A stretch of DNA of 64,000 bases from Nanobdellota archaeon (GTDB taxonomy: Archaea; Nanobdellota; Nanobdellia; Parvarchaeales; Parvarchaeaceae). Below the pieces are notes generated by a model. That model saw only the letters and a program-made list of their open reading frames with translations. It searched no databases and was not told where the DNA came from. The stretch lies in contig JAKAVT010000003.1 in assembly GCA_021817165.1 (NCBI GenBank), positions 11,844-75,843 of the forward strand, written 5' to 3'. A program made the position numbers and the translations under genes. Shown piece after piece: positions 55,293-63,450 of the stretch; the first letter of the stretch is position 1, and the number at the start of each line of letters is the position of its first letter.

Positions 55293-55315
55293 TTTATAAA
55301 TATAACGGCGTTATA
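55293..55315 (-). promoter_or_regulatory. palindromic operator plus TATA box of the sufS-sufU operon (second copy of the 23-bp module)
   Basis: Minus strand reads TATAACGCCGTTATA-TTTATAAA, then 21 nt, then ATG 55271. The module plus spacer fills the whole 44-nt intergenic region. Confidence 0.6.
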
Positions 55316-55954
55316 TCAGTCAAACAAATCCAAGACCAGCACCCTGCCACAGACTGCTAAAGCCTGTGGGTTCTGGAAAGCTTTCTTCATTGCCATCATA
55401 GTAAGGGTGAAATCTGACCTTACTGCCTTGCTGAATTCCCCAGTATCCCCATTCATGCCGGAAGGTATATCTATGCTGATTCTTTTCGCATTCGAATTAT
55501 TTATTAAATCAATTAAATCTGCAGTTAAACCTGGCAGATTACCATGAAAACCCGTGCCAAAAATGCCTACTACCAAAAGATCGGCACTATCTACTGTTTC
55601 ACTTATGCTTTGCAAAGCTACCGGATCAGAAATAAATTTAATTGGGATTTCTTTGATATTTTTTATAAGGTAAAGGAAGTTTTTCGGGCCTTCTTTTAAT
55701 TCTTCCTCGTTTCCTACAACAATGATTTCAATATTTGGATGGTGTAAATCATAAAGGTGGAAAGCCGATGACAACGTGTCACCGCCGTTATTTCCGGTGC
55801 CTGCTATAAATACAACTTTTCCAAACTCTACATTCTTGTGTATAAAATCAGCCACTAAATGACCAGCAGTGTCCATCATTTTTTCTTCAGTCATGCCTTT
55901 TCTTATCGCTTCTTCCTCGATTTTCTTAATTTGCGCTATGCTGTAATATTCCAT
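55316..55954 (-). CDS. NAD(P)H-hydrate epimerase (YjeF N-terminal domain protein)
   Basis: AGTGNNGGD motif. 212 aa. Confidence 0.85.
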   Translation of the reverse strand: MEYYSIAQIKKIEEEAIRKGMTEEKMMDTAGHLVADFIHKNVEFGKVVFIAGTGNNGGDTLSSAFHLYDLHHPNIEIIVVGNEEELKEGPKNFLYLIKNIKEIPIKFISDPVALQSISETVDSADLLVVGIFGTGFHGNLPGLTADLIDLINNSNAKRISIDIPSGMNGDTGEFSKAVRSDFTLTMMAMKKAFQNPQALAVCGRVLVLDLFD

Positions 55955-56002
55955 ATTTTATACTTGCAGTGCTTCTATAAATTTGTAGGTTTAAAGATGC
56001 AT

Positions 56003-57139
56003 TTAAATTGCTATGTGCAAATACATGGAAGCTATATGGCCCACTAAAAAGGTTATAAATGTTGCAGTTAAACTAAGGCCAAGCGCTCTTCCGACATACC
56101 TCCCTATCCTTTCATTTGAATTCAGAGCTATTATAAGCGAAGTAAGAGCAATTGCTATGGATGTTAAAACTACGGATATCCCTAGATTATAATATGTATT
56201 AGATTTAACTACAGAGCCTATGAGAAAACTTATCAAAGGTATGATTGCACCGAATACATAGAATACACCAACGTATAATGCGTCCTTTACAGGATTAATT
56301 GAATTCTCGTTTAAGTATATTTTCCTGTTTCCGCTTATGAAATTCATAAGCGGGTTTTTTCTTTCCCGTTCAAGCACTTTGTACACAGGGTCTTTCTCCT
56401 TCCTTAATTTTGAAATTAAGTCCTCTAAGCCCTTATCAAATTTCTTATAGTTCGAAGAGTGCTTTTCCAAATCCTCTTTTAACCTTTCCTTTGCAACCTG
56501 CAGCTCTAGCTCCAAGCGGTTTACGCCACTGAACTCAAGATCCTTCTCAGACTTGGAGGACAGATAAGCCCCCACTGCCATGGAGATTGTGCCGGATAAG
56601 CCTACTATGGTGCCTGCAACGGCTATAAGAAGATTATTGTGGATAGCTCCTGTAAACCCAGCAACCGCTGCTAGAACCTCCACTAACCCGTCATTCATCC
56701 CGAAAACGACATCTCTTATGTGGGATAAAACTCCGCTTTCCCATGATTCTTTTTTGAGTATTCTTTCCTGATACAACTCTTCGACTAAATAATTTACGAC
56801 TTTTTCTCTTTGTTTATTGGGGATAGCGTCAAAGACTTTGGATAAATCTGACATCTTCCTGTTTTCAAGCGAATTGATTACGCTTAAAGTCAAGCCACTG
56901 CCAAACAACCTTCTTAACAGAATAAACAAGAAAACCTCAGTCTTGTTTTTATTTTCCTTTATTGGGATATTTAATTCTTTGTATATTTCAGTCCATACTT
57001 TAATGTGTTTAACGTCAAGTTCCTTAAGCTCTTTTAGCTTCTTTTTCAACTGTATGTTTCTTTCAAGGCCCTCCAACCTCGAATATAGCTCATAAGACAG
57101 TTTTTCGGAGCTTAAAACCTTCTTTATTTCGTTAGACAT
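56003..57139 (-). CDS. VIT1/CCC1-family iron transporter with an N-terminal ferritin-like domain
   Basis: VFGMNDGLVEVLAAVAG signature, 5 TM C-terminal half, helical soluble N-terminal half. Confidence 0.85.
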   Translation of the reverse strand: MSNEIKKVLSSEKLSYELYSRLEGLERNIQLKKKLKELKELDVKHIKVWTEIYKELNIPIKENKNKTEVFLFILLRRLFGSGLTLSVINSLENRKMSDLSKVFDAIPNKQREKVVNYLVEELYQERILKKESWESGVLSHIRDVVFGMNDGLVEVLAAVAGFTGAIHNNLLIAVAGTIVGLSGTISMAVGAYLSSKSEKDLEFSGVNRLELELQVAKERLKEDLEKHSSNYKKFDKGLEDLISKLRKEKDPVYKVLERERKNPLMNFISGNRKIYLNENSINPVKDALYVGVFYVFGAIIPLISFLIGSVVKSNTYYNLGISVVLTSIAIALTSLIIALNSNERIGRYVGRALGLSLTATFITFLVGHIASMYLHIAI

Positions 57140-57184
57140 AATAATTGAAATCTTTCTTTACTTAAAATATAACCATCAAATAAA

Positions 57185-57520
57185 TTAGCCTGTAAATGGA
57201 TGCGTCGGCTTTGACTTATCTAGAAACCCTTTGTATTTTTCCCATATTTGCTGGCCGGCTTCCTGTGAGAGGATGTCTGTTACGGTTTCTGGCCTCATAA
57301 AAACCCCTTGGGCCTGCACTAGCCCGTTAAAAAGCACAATAACGAAATCGTTGTCTTTGGGATTGGAATTCCCTATCTCACATGTTATGATGTTGTTGTC
57401 CCACATCTCTATTACTGCCTTGTGTTTTTTATCCAGATTTCTAGAATCGCTTTTGTCGATAACCTTAACCACTTTGCCGATATGATAAAACATTAATTCT
57501 TTTGACCTTTTTTCTTCCAT
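57185..57520 (-). CDS. hypothetical soluble protein (111 aa)
   Basis: ORF with a TATA-like box (ATATTAAT) 21 nt upstream. No recognisable motif. Confidence 0.4.
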   Translation of the reverse strand: MEEKRSKELMFYHIGKVVKVIDKSDSRNLDKKHKAVIEMWDNNIITCEIGNSNPKDNDFVIVLFNGLVQAQGVFMRPETVTDILSQEAGQQIWEKYKGFLDKSKPTHPFTG

Positions 57521-57567
57521 GTCTAACAGAGTAATAGTTATATTAATATTAAAATGCTATTGTTTTT

Positions 57568-57948
57568 ATGGACTTTATTCATCTTGCACTTTTGATTATA
57601 TTGTGCCTTTATTTCGCGGGAGGGGTATTTCTTACGTATATCGTAAGCATAATTGTTTACATATTAATCAAACGAAGAAGAGACGGCGCTCCTTTACTTA
57701 CGTTTTTTAACAACGAAAAAAAGGCCTATAAGGAGGTTTCGCTGCTTTTGTATACAAGCATATTTGCCGTTCCCGTCGCAGTGATATCATCTTTAAGCCA
57801 GTTAGAGAGCTCGCATCTCGGTTACCTGCAGTCTAATTTCTGGTCCCTGTTTTTAGACTTTGGATCTTATTTAGTCGGTATAATTGTAGTAGGATTTGCA
57901 GGTTACGCAGTACTCCAATGGTATAAGAGGTTTAAAGGATTTTTATGA
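57568..57948 (+). CDS. hypothetical membrane protein (126 aa, about 4 TM)
   Basis: Hydrophobic helices. TATA-like TATATTAA 21 nt upstream. ATGA overlap with the next gene. Confidence 0.4.
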   Translation: MDFIHLALLIILCLYFAGGVFLTYIVSIIVYILIKRRRDGAPLLTFFNNEKKAYKEVSLLLYTSIFAVPVAVISSLSQLESSHLGYLQSNFWSLFLDFGSYLVGIIVVGFAGYAVLQWYKRFKGFL

Positions 57949-58271
57949 ATAGCCTTATATATTCAATAGCATTACTATCAGAAACCATCATAATATTGAT
58001 ATTTGGGCTTAGAATATTTATAAAATTGAGAAAATCGCCGGAAACCTTTTTAAGCAAAATGTATCTTGGATACAAGGGTAAATTGCCCTTAACATTTATT
58101 TTCCTGCTCTTGGGAGCACTATCCATCCTAGTTGGATTCCTAGTAACAATAATAAAATTTCTAATGGATAATCAAACCCTTTTTTGGGAATACCCTACTT
58201 TAGCAGTATATTTTTTCCTCGCCATGTTTTTTATAACGTTTGTCCCGAATATTAAAATTAAGGAAAAATAA
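57945..58271 (+). CDS. hypothetical membrane protein (108 aa, about 3 TM)
   Basis: Hydrophobic helices. Translationally coupled to 57568..57948. Confidence 0.4.
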   Translation: MNSLIYSIALLSETIIILIFGLRIFIKLRKSPETFLSKMYLGYKGKLPLTFIFLLLGALSILVGFLVTIIKFLMDNQTLFWEYPTLAVYFFLAMFFITFVPNIKIKEK

Positions 58272-58272
58272 A

Positions 58273-58280
58273 TATAAATA
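58273..58280 (+). promoter_or_regulatory. TATA box for gene 58302
   Basis: TATAAATA, then 21 nt, then ATG 58302. Confidence 0.4.
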
Positions 58281-58301
58281 TGATAAATAGTATTACTATT
58301 T

Positions 58302-58619
58302 ATGACATTGGATACTTTTACAAAGAAACCTAATATGTCTACAGGCAAGGACATAGCTGCCGAACCAGGGAAGGAATTTGTATTTAAATTAAAGGATGGG
58401 AAAGAAGTAGGAAGAGCAGGCACATTAAATGGATTTGAAGGACTGATAAGGACGCTACCTATAGAATCTTTGGAATTTCACAGCTCTGGAAAGCACTTTT
58501 CTGCATGGCTCCATTACCTTAAACAAGACAGACTCGCAAATGCGTTTGACAAAATTGATTCCAAAGGCGAAAAGCTGAGGAGAGACTTGTTAGACGCTAT
58601 AAAATTAAATAAATTATAA
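58302..58619 (+). CDS. hypothetical small soluble protein (105 aa)
   Basis: ORF with a good promoter geometry. The segment LIRTLPIESLEFHSSGKHFSAWLHYL..DRLANAF is reminiscent of a small archaeal domain of unknown function, but I cannot name it reliably. Confidence 0.4.
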   Translation: MTLDTFTKKPNMSTGKDIAAEPGKEFVFKLKDGKEVGRAGTLNGFEGLIRTLPIESLEFHSSGKHFSAWLHYLKQDRLANAFDKIDSKGEKLRRDLLDAIKLNKL

Positions 58620-58925
58620 TTTACAGTCCAATCTTTCATTGTAACCATGTGGATAATCTAACATAAAGATTTTCTTTCCATTTGACTTACAAGTGTAAAT
58701 ATAAAAGGGAATGGATCCGGACCAGCCTTCATACTTCCTATCATCAACTTTTACAAACCCATTTAGCTTTAATTTTAATAATTTCAAATAGTCTAGAGCA
58801 ACTTCTTCCGTTAAATCGGTTTTACGGTTGTATGCTTGCACTTTTAAGCCTTTTTTAGAAGTCTTACCCAATAAAGAGTCCAAGCCGTTATTGTACCAGC
58901 TTACTTCTTCGACCATAAACTCCAA
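58614..58925 (-). CDS. hypothetical protein (103 aa) immediately downstream of orc1/cdc6
   Basis: ORF 41 nt downstream of the cdc6 stop on the same strand. No recognisable motif. Confidence 0.4.
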   Translation of the reverse strand: MEFMVEEVSWYNNGLDSLLGKTSKKGLKVQAYNRKTDLTEEVALDYLKLLKLKLNGFVKVDDRKYEGWSGSIPFYIYTCKSNGKKIFMLDYPHGYNERLDCKL

Positions 58926-58966
58926 TGAAATGAACTAGTATTTAAGCTTTTAGTTTATATTTTTTG

Positions 58967-60235
58967 TTAAGTAGTAATATTTAATTCCTCTCTTATTATT
59001 GTCTCCGCTCTGTTGATTATAGACGGTGAAAAGGCTATGTTCAGCTCTCTTGTCCTGCCGTATCTACCGTGGCTTTTTATGCGCGACATGACTAATGAAT
59101 TGTAATCCATGTCAGCTATTAGATCAGAAATCCTCCTGAAGGTCAACTTCTTAAGCCCAAACTTATCAGAAAGCTTAAGATAGGCATCATAAACTTCACC
59201 ACTGTATACTTTACCCATTCTTTTGTTCCTTGCTACGGAGATAATGGACAAAAGAATGCATTTACTCTGTCTAGTCATAGATTTAATCATCCCTTCAGTA
59301 ATGTTTTGTTCCAGAGACTCCGCTGCATTATCCAATTCTTCTTCGGATATAACCGATTTGCCTAACTGTTGCGTTCTTTCTCCAGCCACTTTTAAGAGAT
59401 CCAATGCTTTCCTCACATCACCATGTTCTTGAGCGACTATGGCAGCGCACTTCCTCAAAACGCCATCACTTATGGCATTTTCATAAAATGCCTCTTTAGA
59501 ACGATTTAAGAGTATGTCAAAGATCTCTTCTGCATTGTAAGGTTTGAATATGATTTCAACTGGATTCAAGGAGCTTTTAACTCTTTGATCCAAAGAGGCT
59601 TTCAAATCAATGTTGTTTGAAATACCGATTATAGCGATCTTTGCATGCTTGAGCGACTCGTTTAACCTTAAAAGGCTATATAATACGCCATCCCCCGCAT
59701 GCTGTATCAATTTTTCTATCTCGTCTAATATCAGAATAAGGTATTTATTTTCTGCGTCTATGGTCTTTACTAGTCTTTTATACAAGCTATTGACAGAAAG
59801 GCCGCTTTCGGGAACGTTTATATTAAAAACAGCACACAAATTCGATATAAGCCGGTATTCTGTGTTATTGTTTTCAAGCCTACAGTTCATATAAACCGGA
59901 AGAACATTTACTTTCTTTTCTTCTGCAGAACTTGCTAATTTTTTGCCGACGTATTTTGTAACAAGAGATTTGCCAGTACCTGAAAAACCATAAACTAACA
60001 CATTAGAGATTCCTTCAAAGAGCAAACTAGGGGCCATAATCCTTGACAAAAGCTCTATTTCGATATTCCGATGGGTTATATCATCGGGTATAAAAGAAGA
60101 AGATAAAACCTCTTTGTTCTTAAAGATGCGTTTGCTGGTAAGAAATTCATTGAATATGACAGCTGGATCAACACTGTTTATTTTATTTGTATTTGTTTTC
60201 TGAGAAAAGTCATTGTTGGATTGAAACGTTTCCAT
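58967..60235 (-). CDS. cdc6: Orc1/Cdc6 replication initiator
   Basis: GFSGTGKS Walker A, ILILDEIE Walker B, AAA+ lid and C-terminal winged helix (RRISDLIADMDYNSLV). Adjacent to the ORB repeats. Confidence 0.95.
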   Translation of the reverse strand: METFQSNNDFSQKTNTNKINSVDPAVIFNEFLTSKRIFKNKEVLSSSFIPDDITHRNIEIELLSRIMAPSLLFEGISNVLVYGFSGTGKSLVTKYVGKKLASSAEEKKVNVLPVYMNCRLENNNTEYRLISNLCAVFNINVPESGLSVNSLYKRLVKTIDAENKYLILILDEIEKLIQHAGDGVLYSLLRLNESLKHAKIAIIGISNNIDLKASLDQRVKSSLNPVEIIFKPYNAEEIFDILLNRSKEAFYENAISDGVLRKCAAIVAQEHGDVRKALDLLKVAGERTQQLGKSVISEEELDNAAESLEQNITEGMIKSMTRQSKCILLSIISVARNKRMGKVYSGEVYDAYLKLSDKFGLKKLTFRRISDLIADMDYNSLVMSRIKSHGRYGRTRELNIAFSPSIINRAETIIREELNITT

Positions 60236-60330
60236 ATCTTAGTAAATTATTGTGTATTTCTTTATTTAAATACTATTAGTAATTTTAGTTATATAACTTT
60301 ATTTATATAACTCCATTTAACTAATAGCAC

Positions 60331-60357
60331 AGAGACACCTATATTTCTTATGGAAAA
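60331..60357 (-). repeat. ORB element 1 (inverted relative to ORB2/3)
   Basis: The reverse complement TTTTCCATAAGAAATATAGGTGTCTCT matches ORB3 at 21 of 25 core positions. TTCCA...GAAA core as in archaeal ORB/mini-ORB. Confidence 0.8.
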
Positions 60358-60440
60358 TAATTTAAAATAAATTTACTTGTTTTATATGTCGTATATAACT
60401 ATATATTCTATATAGAATTATAATAAATATAATAATATGG
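60358..60440. other. AT-rich duplex-unwinding element candidate
   Basis: 83 nt with 10 G/C by manual count. Lies between inverted ORB1 and ORB2 and contains the 14-bp palindrome ATTCTATATAGAAT (60405-60418). Confidence 0.6.
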
Positions 60441-60463
60441 CTTCCATAGGAAATATAGGTGTG
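60441..60463 (+). repeat. ORB element 2, followed by a half-ORB (60464-60477)
   Basis: CTTCCATAGGAAATATAGGTGTG, then TTCCATAAGAAAAT. Confidence 0.75.
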
Positions 60464-60524
60464 TTCCATAAGAAAATATTTTCGTTAAAAGATTGCAATA
60501 CAATACCGATCGTGAACAAAGTTC

Positions 60525-60550
60525 GTTCCACTGGAAATAGAGGTGTCTCT
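60525..60550 (+). repeat. ORB element 3
   Basis: GTTCCACTGGAAATAGAGGTGTCTCT, closest to the published archaeal ORB core GTTCCAGTGGAAA. Confidence 0.8.
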
Positions 60551-60637
60551 TATTACTATATATATTACTACTTTACAAAAACAATTAAATAGAAACATTT
60601 AAATATCAGTAGTTCTTAGGAAATTGAATTAAAAAGT

Positions 60638-62824
60638 ATGATAAATAAAAATATAAAAATATCTATTAGCTTTTTAGTGTTCACAATAGTAATATTTATG
60701 CTTTTCTTTGATCTAAACAACAGTAATGGTTTTTCTTGTTATAATGAAAACATAACGTTAACAAATTCTTCTAATTTTATCTGTACCTCTCAATGGGTAA
60801 TTATTGAAAAACCTGTTTCTATCATCAACGAAAGCATAATTGCAAAAGGGTTGTTCATAAATAATACTTTTAGTATTACTGGAAATTCTACCTTGAATAT
60901 CAGCACAATAATAAACAAAGGGAATGCCACAATAAACGCAACGTTGATCGGCGGAAATATTTTTGAGAATTACAGAACTCTGTTGTTAGAAAAACCAATT
61001 TTCATTAACTTTAGCTATTTCTTAAACAAAGGCCTTATTATAGATAAGAATTATTTGAATAATGGCGGTTACTCCAACACCTATTTTTCTTATGATGGAA
61101 ATAACTATGGGTGTAAAGGTGAAAGCTATCCTTTTTCATATGCGGGAAGCGGCGGTGGAAGCCTAGCTACATATAGTCAATGTAATGGAGGAAATACTCT
61201 AGTAACAGGAGGACTTGGCCAAGTTACTAGTTACATAAACCATGTACTATACCCAATATATAATAGCTCTGGTAATCATGTTTATCTTTCACCATCTAAT
61301 TATTCCTTTAATTTAAGTTTGTTGAGCAGTTCTGGCGGAGCATCTTACAATAGTGTAAATAACACATCTCTTTTCATGCGTGGTAGCAGTGGAGTATTAC
61401 CTTTGATAATAATCTCAAAATCTTTTAACAACGTTGGCAGCATTTACAATCAGGGCCAGTCAATAAATTATTCTGCGATAAAGAATGCAAGCAAATTCCT
61501 TGCCTTTGGAATTGTAGGAGCAGGCGGCGGAGGGGTTATTGAAGTTATTTCTGATTTATTTATCAATAATGGCACTTTTAATGTAATTGGAGGTAAAATC
61601 TATCTCAATGGTTCGCTTGGACTACCCTCTCCCTATACTACTTCCAATCTTGGATATGGTGGTAATGGAAATGTATTTTTCTTTAAAGCAAACAATAAAT
61701 TGCTGTTAAATTCCATACATAATTATAATTGGGGTTTACCATCCCAAAGCGCATATAATCCTAATTCTTCGAGCAACTTATCTAATAAAATACAAAATTA
61801 CTCCGTTACAGCAAAGCTTGAAGCACTTCCCGACTGTAGTTTAAATGGGATTTACATAAATTTAAAAGGATACTACAATAACAACAGTTTTACAAAAGTG
61901 CAGCCTATCAGTGATCCAATCTTTTGGGTAAACAGATCAAACACAAACCTCTCTTTATTTCTGTCTGGCAACAACCCTTTGATTCATTATTACAGTAATT
62001 TGAGCATAATTCTCAGTAATGCATCAAATACAAGCATAGAAACGTTAAATTTAAGTCAATATCTGCCAGTTAATATAAATTTTTTGGGAAGCCAAAATTT
62101 AAGTTTTAAATTACTTAAAAACAGCGAGGTTGTATCCTCCGGCATAAGTTCGTCAGGATTCTACTCGTTTGAATTGGAACAGGGAAAATACTCTCTGTTG
62201 TTTGAGGACGGTTCTAGTAATTATACTTATGGTTTATACGTTGCTCCGAATTGCCTTGGTTATGAGAATATTGCAATCTCACCAGGAAAATCCTATTATC
62301 TTTATGATTCACTAAATGTCTCTTCAATACCGTTTATATATAACGCCAACCAAACCGTAAGGGAGATAACATCCTATCAGAGTATTAACAGCTGCAATTT
62401 CAATATCTCGGTTTTAATAGATTTAGATAAATCGATACTTAGCAGTCTTTCTTCCATGAACAGTAGCATATCTTCTGTGTCAAGTAACAAGATTAACTAC
62501 GCAAACATTCTAAGTGAAATAAATTACACAAATTACGTGTTAACTGCACACAATACAAAAATTCCTCAAAAACCCCAGAATGTCTCTTTAAATCAAAGCG
62601 GTTTAACCATTCTTTCTTATTATAATACAGGAAATTTCACAAAAGAAGTTTTACAGTTAAGCAGCAATGGGACAATAAACCTAAGCTATGGCGCAAACAA
62701 TAGAATCCAAATCGTGGTAACAAAAGAGAATACGCAGAACATCTTTGTATCCACAGAAAAGGACATTATAAAGGTGTTTAGCTATGTCCCTTCGCTTTTT
62801 CTTGGGTTTTTGGGAGGTTTGTGA
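60638..62824 (+). CDS. large sequon-rich secreted/surface protein with glycine-rich GGxGG motifs (putative beta-helical adhesin-like protein)
   Basis: N-terminal TM/signal (ISISFLVFTIVIFMLFF), dozens of N-x-S/T sequons, motifs YAGSGGGSLA, GIVGAGGGGVIEV and GYGGNGNVFFF, and a hydrophobic C-terminus. Confidence 0.5.
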   Translation: MINKNIKISISFLVFTIVIFMLFFDLNNSNGFSCYNENITLTNSSNFICTSQWVIIEKPVSIINESIIAKGLFINNTFSITGNSTLNISTIINKGNATINATLIGGNIFENYRTLLLEKPIFINFSYFLNKGLIIDKNYLNNGGYSNTYFSYDGNNYGCKGESYPFSYAGSGGGSLATYSQCNGGNTLVTGGLGQVTSYINHVLYPIYNSSGNHVYLSPSNYSFNLSLLSSSGGASYNSVNNTSLFMRGSSGVLPLIIISKSFNNVGSIYNQGQSINYSAIKNASKFLAFGIVGAGGGGVIEVISDLFINNGTFNVIGGKIYLNGSLGLPSPYTTSNLGYGGNGNVFFFKANNKLLLNSIHNYNWGLPSQSAYNPNSSSNLSNKIQNYSVTAKLEALPDCSLNGIYINLKGYYNNNSFTKVQPISDPIFWVNRSNTNLSLFLSGNNPLIHYYSNLSIILSNASNTSIETLNLSQYLPVNINFLGSQNLSFKLLKNSEVVSSGISSSGFYSFELEQGKYSLLFEDGSSNYTYGLYVAPNCLGYENIAISPGKSYYLYDSLNVSSIPFIYNANQTVREITSYQSINSCNFNISVLIDLDKSILSSLSSMNSSISSVSSNKINYANILSEINYTNYVLTAHNTKIPQKPQNVSLNQSGLTILSYYNTGNFTKEVLQLSSNGTINLSYGANNRIQIVVTKENTQNIFVSTEKDIIKVFSYVPSLFLGFLGGL

Positions 62825-63450
62825 TGGAAGACGAATTAAAGCAGCTTTACGAAGCAGTATTGAAGATAAATGAAAAACTTTCACAGGTAAACAGTAAGAA
62901 TGATCAGCTTGAATCGCTTATAAATGCGATGTCCCAGTATATCTTAGAAAAAAATGAAGGAGATATAACAGAGCAGGAGATCGTTGTGCTGGATCCGTTT
63001 AATATAGGAGGATACAAAAACGTTTCAACTGCAAATGGTAGCGTTCTGAAAGTAAGGTCGAAAGGCCTCTGTGTAAACGGAAGACATTCTGTGGATGAAA
63101 GCTCTTCTGTTGTTATATGTTCAAAATGCAATGGAATAGTATGCGAGAAGCATGACACTGGGCTTTCTCCTCCGCTGTGTGCAAATTGCATAAAGGACCA
63201 GATAAAAGAGCTGGAACTTTTGCATATTTACATACTTAATGCAGTTAATCTGGGCCTGAATTTAAATGATCTCAGGAAAATAGTAAAGGGTTCTTCTCGG
63301 GAATTCAGCATTGCACAGCAAAAGCTGTTAAAAGCAGGCTATCTAGAAAGAGATATTCTTTTCAGAAAGATATTGACTACAAAAGGGGCTTCGGCACTTG
63401 CCCTTGGCAGTAAAGTATATGATCTTTCTTTTATGCAGCAAGGTGAATGA
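62824..63450 (+). CDS. coiled-coil + Zn-ribbon + C-terminal winged-helix protein
   Basis: N-terminal heptad-like helix, CSKCNGIVC...CANC four-Cys ribbon, and a C-terminal SIAQQKLLKAGYLERD wHTH-like segment. ATG overlaps the upstream TGA (GTGATGG). ORF-track start 62821 is GTG. Confidence 0.5.
   Translation: MEDELKQLYEAVLKINEKLSQVNSKNDQLESLINAMSQYILEKNEGDITEQEIVVLDPFNIGGYKNVSTANGSVLKVRSKGLCVNGRHSVDESSSVVICSKCNGIVCEKHDTGLSPPLCANCIKDQIKELELLHIYILNAVNLGLNLNDLRKIVKGSSREFSIAQQKLLKAGYLERDILFRKILTTKGASALALGSKVYDLSFMQQGE

Larger units (their letters stand above)
60236..60637. other. replication origin (oriC) region
   Basis: 402-bp non-coding spacer next to cdc6. It contains three long ORB-like repeats in inverted/direct arrangement flanking an 83-bp stretch with only 10 G/C by my count. 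Confidence 0.8.

Noticed and set aside
58967-60235. The possibility that orc1/cdc6 plus the adjacent unknown genes mark an integrated plasmid or virus rather than the chromosomal origin.
   Set aside because: No integrase, att-like direct repeats or tRNA target were seen. The ORB/DUE architecture and housekeeping flanks fit a chromosomal oriC better.
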